Source of the DNA: an uncultured Gammaproteobacteria bacterium | GTDB taxonomy: Bacteria > Pseudomonadota > Gammaproteobacteria > Steroidobacterales > Woeseiaceae | NCBI GenBank assembly: GCA_963712755.1 | Contig: CAVQIY010000001.1 | Span: forward strand, 72,192-136,191 | Direction of reading: 5' to 3' | Length of the DNA: 64,000 nt | Shown: positions 51,699 to 60,256 of the stretch, piece by piece | Layout of the letters: the number at the start of each line of letters is the position of its first letter | How positions within the stretch are numbered: the stretch's first letter is position 1 | Notes under the pieces: generated by a model | Databases searched by the model: none | What the model saw: only the letters and a program-made list of their open reading frames with translations | Told to the model about the DNA's origin: nothing | Translations under genes and position numbers: made by a program

Positions 51699-52202
51699 TC
51701 AAAGCACCGCGAGCAGGTGCACGATCTCGTAACAGACCAGGCAGCAGTAGAAAACGAAGAAAAAGGTCAGGAAAAGGCCGGTCCGGAAGCGGTTCATGAA
51801 ACGGAACTTGGCGAGAAACACCAGGATCAGGATACCCGTGGCCGTCATCACGACCTTGCTGACGGCGAAGGCCGCACCGCCCTGGCCGAGCATGCTCGCC
51901 ATGAAGGGGTTCGCCTCGATCATGCCGTTCTGCAACAGCGTGAGCGTCAGGAAGGCATCGGCGGTGCTCAGCAGCATGATGCCCACCGACAGGAAGAACA
52001 GCCACGGATGGTGCCAGTCCAGGAAAATCAGGTCGCCTTCGTCGCCGCGACGCGGCGCATGCCGGCGCGAGCGCAGGAAACCGAACAACACCGTCCGCCA
52101 GGTAAACGCACGCCGGTCGATCGCCGCGCGCCGGTTGGCCGCGCTGCTGCTCCCTGCCACGGCGTCATCCATCTCCGCCAATATCTCGCTTCCTGCCGTC
52201 AT
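51699..52202 (-). CDS. small polytopic membrane protein (DUF5658-like, by recollection) with Arg-rich cytoplasmic N-terminus
   Basis: 167 aa with four predicted TM helices after an RR-rich N-terminal segment. It has lower GC3 than its neighbours. Confidence 0.5.
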   Translation of the reverse strand: MTAGSEILAEMDDAVAGSSSAANRRAAIDRRAFTWRTVLFGFLRSRRHAPRRGDEGDLIFLDWHHPWLFFLSVGIMLLSTADAFLTLTLLQNGMIEANPFMASMLGQGGAAFAVSKVVMTATGILILVFLAKFRFMNRFRTGLFLTFFFVFYCCLVCYEIVHLLAVL

Positions 52203-52246
52203 CCACCGTCACCGTGTCGAGAATACCCTGCCCGGTCACCGGGCCG

Positions 52247-52753
52247 CTAGTCGCCATCCTGGGGGCTGGTCGCCTCCAGCAGGTACGCGATCATGTCCGC
52301 CCTGTCCGTGGCACCGGACACACCGGGAAAACTCATGCGGTTGCCGGGCAGAAACCGCGCCGGCCGCGCGAGCCAGGCATCCAGTGCCCGTGGCGTCCAG
52401 GTGAATTCGGCCTCCTGCAACGCGGCGGAATACGGGTAGCGCTCCGCCGAACCCGCCGCCCTGCCGAAGAACCCGAACAGGTTGGGACCGATCATGTGCA
52501 CTCCGCCTTTGCCGAGCGTATGACAGGCCTTGCACATTTGCGCCAGGCGCTGGCCGTTCTCCCGGTCAGCCCCGGCGTAGGGCGCTTGTTGCAGGTAGTC
52601 CGCCGCCGCCAGCACCGACTGATCGCCGAGCGTGGCCGCGGTCAGCGCGGCGCCGGCCTCGTCAGCGCCGCCCGGCGTGGATTCCGAACCGCCTCCACAG
52701 GCTGCCACGAGCCCCGCTGCAACCAGCAGCGCAACCACCGTATCGCGATTCAC
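52247..52753 (-). CDS. membrane-anchored (lipoprotein-type) mono-haem c-type cytochrome (c2/c-552-like)
   Basis: Lies in ORF 52247..52906, with GTG at 52753 giving VNRDTVVALLVAAGLVAAC (lipobox). The haem site is CKACH and the Met ligand region is NRMSFPG. Confidence 0.75.
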   Translation of the reverse strand: MNRDTVVALLVAAGLVAACGGGSESTPGGADEAGAALTAATLGDQSVLAAADYLQQAPYAGADRENGQRLAQMCKACHTLGKGGVHMIGPNLFGFFGRAAGSAERYPYSAALQEAEFTWTPRALDAWLARPARFLPGNRMSFPGVSGATDRADMIAYLLEATSPQDGD

Positions 52754-52876
52754 TTCGAGCCAACCCTTCGATGTCCCTTCCAATGTCAAAACTATAAGGC
52801 AATTTGCGTACCAGCGCCCCACGGGCGCGCCGTTGTGCCGTTTCCCCCGCCGATCGCGGGCCTGGCCGGCGAAATA

Positions 52877-52884
52877 TGTATAAT
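52877..52884 (+). promoter_or_regulatory. possible extended -10-like element (TG-TATAAT) upstream of alkB
   Basis: ATGTATAAT is seen directly in the AT-richer divergent spacer. There is no good -35. Confidence 0.3.
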
Positions 52885-52967
52885 TTCCCGACGCTTCGCC
52901 CGCCACGTTGGAGCGGCACCGCCAAACAGGCGATAATCCCGGTTCCGGAGACGATCACGGGCATACG

Positions 52968-54170
52968 ATGACAGGCTATACGGCAACGCTGCCGAGCGGC
53001 GAGGCAATCCACTACGTCGACCGCAAGCGCCGCTTCTGGTTGCTCTCCGTGCTGTATCCGCTGCAGCCCTTCGCCGGCATCGTGCTGCACGCGGCAACGG
53101 GCAACGAGCTGTGGCTGCTGCTGCCGTTCCTGCTCAACTACGTTATCGCGCCGGTTCTCGACCTGGTACTGGGCGAGGACGAGAACAACCCGCCCGAAGA
53201 GGTCGTCATGCAGCTCGACCGGGACCCTTATTACCGGCGACTCACCTACATCGTCGTACCGCTGCATTTCGCGACGCTGGTGGGCACGGCCTGGTACGCA
53301 GCGACGCAGGACCTCAGTGCCTGGGCGTTTGTCGCGCTGGCGGTGGTTGCCGGCATGACCGCGGGCCTCGCGATCAACACCGGCCATGAACTCGGCCACA
53401 AGAACTCGAGGCTCGAGAAACTGCTGGCGAAGATCGTGCTCGCGGTGCCGGCCTACGGCCATTTCACCATCGACCACAATCGCGGCCACCATCGCGACGT
53501 CTCGACCCCCGAGGACGCGGCCAGCGCGCGCATGGGCGAGAGCATCTACAGATTCGCCGCACGCGAGATGCCCGGTGGGTTGCTGCGTGCGTGGGAGATC
53601 GAGAAGGACCGCCTGCAGCGGCGCGGCAGGTCCGCGTGGAATCCGGGCAACCAGATATTACAGTCTTATGCGCTGACAGCCGCGCTATGGACCGGGCTCG
53701 CGTGGGCCTTCGGCTGGGTGATGCTGCCGTTCCTCATCCTGCACACCGTGTTCGCCTGGTGGCAGCTGACCAGCGCAAACTACGTGGAGCATTACGGTCT
53801 GCTGCGAACGAAAGACGAGAACGGACGGTACGAGCGCTGCGCGCCCCATCACTCCTGGAACAGCAACCATGTCTTCAGCAATCTCGTGTTGTTCCATCTC
53901 GAACGCCATTCCGATCATCACACCCACCCGCTCCGGCGCTACCAGTCGTTGCGGCACTTCGACGACCTGCCGCAGCTGCCGAACGGCTACTTCGGCACCT
54001 ACCTGCTCGCCTACCTGCCCTGGCTCTGGTTTCGCGTCATGGACAAGCGGCTGCTCGCGCTGCCCCACATCCGCGGCGACCTCGACAAGGTGAACATCGA
54101 TCCCGACGCCCGCGGCCGGATCTTCCTGCAATACGGCCGCGACAAGATGGCGGAGCCGGTAATCTCGTAA
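52968..54170 (+). CDS. alkB: alkane 1-monooxygenase (integral-membrane di-iron hydroxylase, AlkB family)
   Basis: Lies in ORF 52908..54170. The histidine boxes HELGHK, DHNRGHH and LERHSDHH plus NYVEHYGL are the canonical AlkB motifs. The start is either 52908 or 52968. Confidence 0.9.
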   Translation: MTGYTATLPSGEAIHYVDRKRRFWLLSVLYPLQPFAGIVLHAATGNELWLLLPFLLNYVIAPVLDLVLGEDENNPPEEVVMQLDRDPYYRRLTYIVVPLHFATLVGTAWYAATQDLSAWAFVALAVVAGMTAGLAINTGHELGHKNSRLEKLLAKIVLAVPAYGHFTIDHNRGHHRDVSTPEDAASARMGESIYRFAAREMPGGLLRAWEIEKDRLQRRGRSAWNPGNQILQSYALTAALWTGLAWAFGWVMLPFLILHTVFAWWQLTSANYVEHYGLLRTKDENGRYERCAPHHSWNSNHVFSNLVLFHLERHSDHHTHPLRRYQSLRHFDDLPQLPNGYFGTYLLAYLPWLWFRVMDKRLLALPHIRGDLDKVNIDPDARGRIFLQYGRDKMAEPVIS

Positions 54171-54267
54171 CTACGCCAAATCGAGACGTTTTGCCCGGAT
54201 AGTCGTGGTTCGGGCAGCGCGCCCGGCCGTTAACCTGCACGGGACTTCGGCCGATACCAAGGCGACC

Positions 54268-55104
54268 ATGCAGCCACTCACCCTGCGCCTGTCCATCCGG
54301 CAGCTGCTGCTGATCATTATCGGCCAGACCTTCGCGCTCGTGGCCCAGGCATGGCTGTCGCGCGCGCTGCAGGCGCAGGGCTACGAGCAGGCTCTGGCGC
54401 ACTACCTCGCGTACCTCGTCGTGCCGCCGATCCTGCTGCTGGTGCTCGCACCCGTGCTGCTCGAACACCGCGACTTTTTGCCGCGGCTGTTTCGGCGCAA
54501 CGCGCTGACGCTGCGGCTGGTGCTCGCCGCCGTGGCGCTCGGGGTAACCATGCGCATCGTATGGTGGTCGCAGCTGATCGCACGCGTCGCACTCGGCATC
54601 ACCGTGAACGACGATCCGCAGGCGATTGCCGGCCCCGTCTTTTCCTGGGGCTGCCCGCCCATGCCCTCGCTGCTTCTCGGCCTGTTCGTGATGGCGGCCC
54701 TCATCCCGGTGATGGAAGAATCGGTGCATCGCGGTTTTGTACAGTCCGCCTTCGCGCACAAGGGCCCCCTGCCCGCCATCCTGGTCTCGGCGCTGGTCTT
54801 CAGCGTGTTTCACCCACCGTCGTCCTACGGGTTCGTGTTTGTCCTTGGCCTGGTTCTGGGCGCCCAGTTCTGGCTCACCGGCTCGCTATGGGCAACGATG
54901 ATCAGCCATGCTACCTACAACGGGCTCACCCAGTTCGACTGGCGCTGCCTGCACGGCCAGTGGAACCCACCGGCGGACAGCCTGCCGCAACTGTTCCCCG
55001 GCACTTTCGCACTGCTTGCGCTGGTCGGCGCGATGTTGGGGATTGTTCTGCTGCTGCGCTATCAAAGGGCCGGGGCGGACCGCGCCCCGGCCCGCGGCGG
55101 CTAA
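54268..55104 (+). CDS. CPBP-family (CAAX/Abi-type) intramembrane glutamic endopeptidase
   Basis: Lies in ORF 54205..55104, polytopic. The three CPBP motifs are present: EESVHR (EExxxR), FSVFH (FxxxH) and HATYN (HxxxN). Confidence 0.85.
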   Translation: MQPLTLRLSIRQLLLIIIGQTFALVAQAWLSRALQAQGYEQALAHYLAYLVVPPILLLVLAPVLLEHRDFLPRLFRRNALTLRLVLAAVALGVTMRIVWWSQLIARVALGITVNDDPQAIAGPVFSWGCPPMPSLLLGLFVMAALIPVMEESVHRGFVQSAFAHKGPLPAILVSALVFSVFHPPSSYGFVFVLGLVLGAQFWLTGSLWATMISHATYNGLTQFDWRCLHGQWNPPADSLPQLFPGTFALLALVGAMLGIVLLLRYQRAGADRAPARGG

Positions 55105-55295
55105 CCCAGCGCGTTCGCGACGCGCTCGATGATGTACGACGTCGCTTCGACGAGGCCCTCGTAGATCTCGATGATCTCGCCGCCAATTGACCCGGTATCC
55201 GTAATGCCGCCGTAATTGTTACCGCTCTGGTCCGACCGGCACTGTTCCGCGGCGCCGCCGACGCATCCGATTTCGCTCATGGTGAGTTCGCGCAT
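55101..55295 (-). CDS. small secreted-peptide precursor with double-glycine-type leader (bacteriocin-like)
   Basis: 64 codons, with AGGAG 8 nt upstream of the ATG and mostly GC-ending codons. MRELTMSEIGCVGG/A fits the double-glycine leader pattern. The remainder is Gly-rich followed by an amphipathic acidic helix. Confidence 0.6.
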   Translation of the reverse strand: MRELTMSEIGCVGGAAEQCRSDQSGNNYGGITDTGSIGGEIIEIYEGLVEATSYIIERVANALG

Positions 55296-55526
55296 GATTC
55301 AATCTCCTTATCGATCATGATTTTCAGGGTGTGTGCGCTTCCCGCGCACTGTCACCCTAGCCGCACCAGCCGAATCCAGCGCGCACAGAAACCCGCCAAT
55401 TCATGCGGTTTTTGACATAGTCCAACGCGCCCGGGCCCGGCAGGTTGTGATACGGCGCACGGAACCGGCCGTGCTGCCTGTCTACGCTGGAAGGCACCGA
55501 ATTGCCCGGGCAACAGGACACCTATC

Positions 55527-56192
55527 ATGAAGACTTATTCGCTCAGGCTGTGCGCGCTCGTCGTGGCGCTCGCGGCATCCGGAACTGCGCTCGCGGACCA
55601 CAATTTCGGCGTCGGCGTCAAAGCGGGTACGCTCGGCATCGGCGTCGAGGGCACCTGGCGGCCGCTGCCGTACCTCGATTTCCGCGTCGGCGCCAACCAG
55701 TACGACTACACCGTCGACGGCGTCTACACGGGCGTCAACTACGACGCCGAGATCAACCTCGACAATTACTACGTGACCGGCAACCTGAGTTTCCCGCTCA
55801 GCCCGTTCCGCCTCACCGGCGGGCTGTATTCCAACGGCAACGAATTCAACGCGTCGAGCGGCGACAACGGCGCCATCATCGTGATCGGCGGCGACCCGTT
55901 TCCCGCCGACGCCGTGGGCACGCTGTTCGCGACCGCGACGTTCGACAGCACCTCGCCGTATTTCGGCGTCGGCTTCGACTTCACCGTGTTCGGCAAGGTC
56001 GGCATGAACCTCGACTTCGGCGTGCTCTGGCAGGGATCCCCGCAGGTGTCGATGGCCACCGACGGCCTGCTCGCGGGCGATCCCGTATTCGAAGCTGCGC
56101 TCGACGCCGAGCGGGCCGAACTCGAGAACGAACTCGGCGACTACAAGGCCTGGCCCGTGGTGAGCCTCGGCTTCGTTTTCAATTTCCTCTAG
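55527..56192 (+). CDS. small outer-membrane beta-barrel protein
   Basis: 221 aa with signal peptide MKTYSLRLCALVVALAASGTALA, alternating aromatic/Gly beta-strand pattern and an aromatic-rich C-terminus (GFVFNFL). Confidence 0.7.
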   Translation: MKTYSLRLCALVVALAASGTALADHNFGVGVKAGTLGIGVEGTWRPLPYLDFRVGANQYDYTVDGVYTGVNYDAEINLDNYYVTGNLSFPLSPFRLTGGLYSNGNEFNASSGDNGAIIVIGGDPFPADAVGTLFATATFDSTSPYFGVGFDFTVFGKVGMNLDFGVLWQGSPQVSMATDGLLAGDPVFEAALDAERAELENELGDYKAWPVVSLGFVFNFL

Positions 56193-57535
56193 AAGCGGTC
56201 CAGCAAGCCCGCAATCGCGAGCCCCGCGCGCAGGTAGCCACGGCGCAGCGCCGGAACCGGGTAGCGCGGCGGCAGTTCCCTCACGAGCCTCGGCAGGTCC
56301 TCGGGGGCGCGGCCCCGTGCGATCCAGTCGGCGAGCTGCTTGCCGGCCCACGTCGCGGTATTGACGCCGTTGCCGTGATAACCGAAGCCGAAGAACGTGT
56401 ACGGATCGTCCGTGAGCCGGCCGATGGCGGGCCGCATTGACGCCGTCATGCAGATCAGGCCGTGCCAGCGATACTCGATCTCGACATCGGCCCAGCGCGG
56501 CCAGATGCCCCGCATCGTTGCAATCATCTTGCGGTAGGTCGCGCGCTCCCCTTCCGGGGTGCCGCGGTTGCTGCCGCGTGCACCGAACAGGAAACGGTTG
56601 TCAGGCAGCAGGCGAAAGTAATTGAGCAGGTGCCGTGACGTGATGGCCGGGTGCTCGGTGTGCCAGCCCTGGTCCAGCCGCTCGTCGTCGGTCAACGGGC
56701 GCGTTACCACGATTGCGCTGACGACCGGCAACGTACGGCCGTAGAACTCGGAGCGGAGCCGTTCCGGCATGAACGCGTTGGTCGCGAACAGGACTTTCGA
56801 GGCACGCAACGTCCCGCCGGCGGTGTGCAGCTGGTGGCCGCCTTGCGGCGTGCGCGACCAGTCGACCACTTCGCTCGACGAGTGCAAGATCGCACCGCGC
56901 TCGATCGCCGCCCGTGCGAGGCCCCGGCAGAAACGCAGCGGGTGCAAGCCGAGAGCCGGTTTCGAGACCAGCGCGCCGTGCTGGTCGGGCGTATTGTAGA
57001 CGCGCTCGGTCACCTCGTAGCGCGTCAGCAGCGCGGCATCCACGCCGAGCACCTCGGTCAGCGCCCGGTGATCGGCCTCGAGGCCGGCGAAGGCGCGCCG
57101 CGAGTGGGCGATCTCGACTTCCGCCGCGCCGAATGCCTCGATATCGATGCCCTCGTCCGCGGCAAGGCCGCACACGAGCCTGACCGCCTGCACCTGTGCG
57201 CGATACCAGGCCCGCGCAGCTTCGACGCCGAATTGCCGAATCGCGCCTCGCGGCGAGAAGCCGGTTCCACCGACGCAGCAGAAGCCGCCGTTGCGGCCGG
57301 AAGCGCCCCAGCCGATGGGCCCTGCCTCCAGCACACGCACGTCGATACCGTGGTCCTTTGCCAGGTGGTAGGCCGCCGACAAACCCGTGTAGCCGCCGCC
57401 GATGATCGCGACGTCGCAGGATTCGTTCCGCGCGAGGGGCGCCGTTGCAACAGCCGGCGGCGGCGCCGTCGCTTCCCAGTAACTGGGCTGCGGCGCGGCG
57501 AAGTCGTACAGGTTGTCGTCGTACAGGCGCCGCAT
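56189..57535 (-). CDS. FAD-dependent oxidoreductase (DAO family, gamma-glutamylputrescine/amine oxidase-like)
   Basis: These are the C-terminal 448 codons of the 977-aa track ORF. The start is MRRLYDDNLYDF, and the dinucleotide fold is DVAIIGGGYTGLSAA. Confidence 0.8.
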   Translation of the reverse strand: MRRLYDDNLYDFAAPQPSYWEATAPPPAVATAPLARNESCDVAIIGGGYTGLSAAYHLAKDHGIDVRVLEAGPIGWGASGRNGGFCCVGGTGFSPRGAIRQFGVEAARAWYRAQVQAVRLVCGLAADEGIDIEAFGAAEVEIAHSRRAFAGLEADHRALTEVLGVDAALLTRYEVTERVYNTPDQHGALVSKPALGLHPLRFCRGLARAAIERGAILHSSSEVVDWSRTPQGGHQLHTAGGTLRASKVLFATNAFMPERLRSEFYGRTLPVVSAIVVTRPLTDDERLDQGWHTEHPAITSRHLLNYFRLLPDNRFLFGARGSNRGTPEGERATYRKMIATMRGIWPRWADVEIEYRWHGLICMTASMRPAIGRLTDDPYTFFGFGYHGNGVNTATWAGKQLADWIARGRAPEDLPRLVRELPPRYPVPALRRGYLRAGLAIAGLLDRF

Positions 57536-57540
57536 CGACG

Positions 57541-58909
57541 TCAGTCCCGTGTCACGCGCTCCGCGCACGACAGCATGGCTGCGAGACTCATCTCCACGTC
57601 CGCTGCCGTCGTCGCCCAGTTGCAGACGCTGATGCGCATCGCGCGCCGCCCCTGCCAGGCCGTCCCGCCGCACCAGCAGGTACCGTCGCGCTGGATGGCC
57701 TCGATGACGCGCCGGGTGGTCTCGTCGTCGCCGAAGGCAACGAGGACCTGGTTGAGCACGACCTCGTTCAGGATCTCGTAGCCGGCCTCCTGCAGGCCGC
57801 CCGCGAAACGCCGGGCGTGCGCGCAGCAGCGCTCGACGAGATCCTCGACGCCGTTGCGGCCCAGCGACCGCAGGGCGGCCCAGATGTCCACGCCGCGGGC
57901 GCGGCGCGAGAGTTCGGGCGTGTAATCGGAAGGGTTGCGATGCTCGGTGACGGTTGGCAGGTAGTCTGCGGTGATCGCCATCGCGGATTTCAGCGCCGCC
58001 GCGTCGCGCGTGATCGCCACGCCGCTGTCGTAGGGCACGTTGAGCCACTTGTGCGCGTCCGTGGCCCAGGAATCGGCCGCCTCGATGCCGGCGACCCGGT
58101 GCCGCATGCCGGGTACGGCGGCCGCCCACAGCCCGAACGCGCCGTCGACGTGCACCCAGGCGCCGGCGGGCCGCACGGCGCTGCAGATCTCGGCGACCGG
58201 ATCGAACGCGCCGGTATTGATGTTGCCGGCCTGCGTGCAGACGATCGTGGGCCCCGTCGATCGGCGGCACGGCGGCGGCGATCATGCGTCCCTGGCCGTC
58301 GACCGGCACGCGCACGGCGCGGTCGCGCCCCAGCCCCAGCAGGCCGAGCGATTTGGTGAGCGTCGGGTGCGCCTCCTCGCCGACGATGACGGTCAGTTCG
58401 GGCGCCCCGATGAGACCGTCCCTGTCGACGTCCCAGCCCACGTCGGCGAGCACCTTGTGCCGCGCCGCGGCGAGCGCCGTGAAATTGGCGATCGTTGCGC
58501 CGGTCACGAAGCTCGCGGCACAGTCCTGCGGCAGGCCGAACAGTTCGCAGAGCCAGCGCCTCGACACGTTCTCCAGCGCCGCCATCGCGGGCGTGACTTC
58601 GTTCATCGCCGAGTTCTGGTCCCAGGCGGTTGCGAGCCAGTTCGCCGCGACGGTCACCGGCATGGAGCCGCCGATCACGAAGCCGAAGAAGCGCGGCCCG
58701 GCCATCGCCACCGACGCCGGGGAGCCGATCTCGTCGAGCAGGGCCAGCGTCTCGGCGTCGTCCCGCCCTTCGCCGGACAGCGCTTCGTCGAAGCCGGCGG
58801 TTGCCGTAATCGCCTCGGGGGTAGGCGCAACGCGCCGCTCGGCGAGCGACTCGCGATAGCGAATACCGCGTTCGGCGGCGTCGCGCATGATTTTCGAATA
58901 GTCGCTCAT
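57541..58909 (-). pseudogene. group II pyridoxal-dependent decarboxylase, interrupted by a +1 frameshift at about 58248-58257 (likely assembly indel)
   Basis: The N-terminal part (MSDYSKIMRDAAERG...PVDGQGRMIAAAVPPIDG) is in the frame of ORF 56189..59122. The C-terminal part is ORF 57541..58176 and carries the PLP lysine in ATDAHKWLNVPYDSG. The alternate frame reads PTIVCTQAGNINTGAFDP across the junction. One extra C in GGGCCCC explains the break. Confidence 0.8.
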
Positions 58910-59015
58910 GTCGATTCCATCGTTCGGGCCGGGTGGCATGCAGGCAATGCGCGCATTGTCACACATCCGCTGCCGGACTTTGCTGCCGCCCGTGACCCCG
59001 TATAATGCCGGCAAC

Positions 59016-59849
59016 GTGATCTTCGACCTGCACTCCCACACCAATGCTTCGGACGGCTCCCTCGATCCCGACGCCCTGCTCGTCCATGCCGCCGAATGCG
59101 GCGTGGACGCACTCGCGATCACCGATCACGACACGCTCGCGGCGTTCGACCGCGTCGACACCGCGGTGGCGCGCACCCGCCTCATCCCCGGCATCGAGTT
59201 CTCGACCGCCTGGCGCGGCTACGGCGTGCACATCGTCGGCCTCGGCGTCGACCCGGCCTGCGCCGCACTGCAGAACGGCGTCGCGATGCAGCAGCGTGCG
59301 CGCGCCGAACGCGCCCGCCTGATCGCGCGACGCCTGCGATCGTCAGGGCTACCGGACGTACTCGGGCCCGTGCTGGACATCGCCAACGGGGAACCCGTCG
59401 GACGCCCGCATTTCGCCGCGCACCTCGTGCAGGCAGGGATCGCGAAGGACACCCGCGCGGCATTCCGCAAGTACCTCGGCCCGGGCAAGCCGGGCGACGT
59501 CCGCAACGGCTGGGCGGCGCTGCCCGAGGTGGTGCGCTGGATCGTGCAGGCGGGCGGCACCGCGGTGCTGGCGCACCCCGCCAAGTACCGGCTCACCCGC
59601 ACGCGGCTGCGCGCGCTCGCAGCCGAGTTTCGCGACGCAGGGGGAACGGCGATCGAGGTCGTGTGCGGGCGGCAATCGCCCAACACGACGGCTCACCTCG
59701 CGCAACTCGCCAGGGATACCGGCCTTGCGGCGTCCTGCGGCTCCGACTTCCATCACGGCGGCAACCGCTGGTCGCGGCCGGGCGGCTTCCCGCCCCTGCC
59801 CGACGACCTGCGGCCCGTCTGGACGGCATGGCAGACGTACTCGGCATAG
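59016..59849 (+). CDS. PHP-domain phosphoesterase (TrpH/YciV, RNase AM-like)
   Basis: Lies in ORF 58908..59849. VIFDLHSHTNASDGSL and AITDHDT are PHP motifs. The start is uncertain: GTG 59016 is chosen, and the ATGs at 58908, 58938 and 58947 are possible. Confidence 0.8.
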   Translation: MIFDLHSHTNASDGSLDPDALLVHAAECGVDALAITDHDTLAAFDRVDTAVARTRLIPGIEFSTAWRGYGVHIVGLGVDPACAALQNGVAMQQRARAERARLIARRLRSSGLPDVLGPVLDIANGEPVGRPHFAAHLVQAGIAKDTRAAFRKYLGPGKPGDVRNGWAALPEVVRWIVQAGGTAVLAHPAKYRLTRTRLRALAAEFRDAGGTAIEVVCGRQSPNTTAHLAQLARDTGLAASCGSDFHHGGNRWSRPGGFPPLPDDLRPVWTAWQTYSA

Positions 59850-60256
59850 ACGGCGAGATCGCCATCCCGATGGACGAGATCGTGCTGACCGCGGTGCGTT
59901 CGGGCGGCGCGGGCGGGCAGAACGTCAACAAGGTCGCCACGGCGATCCACTTGCAATTCGACATCCGTGCCAGCAATTCGCTGCCGGTTCCCGTGCGCGA
60001 ACGGTTGCTCGCGCTCGACGATCGGCGCATCTCGCCGGCCGGCGTCGTCACGATCAAGGCGCAGGAACACCGCACGCAGAGGCGCAACCGCGAGGCCGCG
60101 CTGGAGCGCCTGCGCGATCTCGTGATGTCCGTCCTCGCCGAGAAGAAACCGCGGGTTGCGACGCGTCCGGGCCGCACGTCGGTGCAAAAGCGCCTCGACG
60201 GGAAACGGCGCCGCGGCGACCTCAAACGGTCGCGAGGGCGTATCGACGACGCTTAA
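59828..60256 (+). CDS. arfB: alternative ribosome-rescue factor ArfB (peptidyl-tRNA hydrolase, YaeJ family)
   Basis: This is the tail of ORF 59096..60256 from MADVLGIDGEIAIP. It has the GGQ motif (SGGAGGQNVNKVATAIHLQFDIRAS) and a basic C-terminal tail (KRLDGKRRRGDLKRSRGR). Confidence 0.9.
   Translation: MADVLGIDGEIAIPMDEIVLTAVRSGGAGGQNVNKVATAIHLQFDIRASNSLPVPVRERLLALDDRRISPAGVVTIKAQEHRTQRRNREAALERLRDLVMSVLAEKKPRVATRPGRTSVQKRLDGKRRRGDLKRSRGRIDDA

Noticed and set aside
51699-59000. The whole alkB-CPBP-peptide-OMP-oxidase-decarboxylase patch as a single RiPP or secondary-metabolite cluster.
   Set aside because: The genes lie on alternating strands with convergent overlaps, and there is no recognisable RiPP maturase or exporter. 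The decarboxylase and oxidase look like primary amine catabolism. Only the peptide-CPBP adjacency is retained as a hypothesis.
56189-59122. 977-aa ORF suggesting a giant fusion protein.
   Set aside because: It is a chimera of the decarboxylase N-terminus, about 250 residues of Arg-rich out-of-frame read-through after a 1-nt indel, and the separate FAD oxidoreductase, which has its own Met and Rossmann start.
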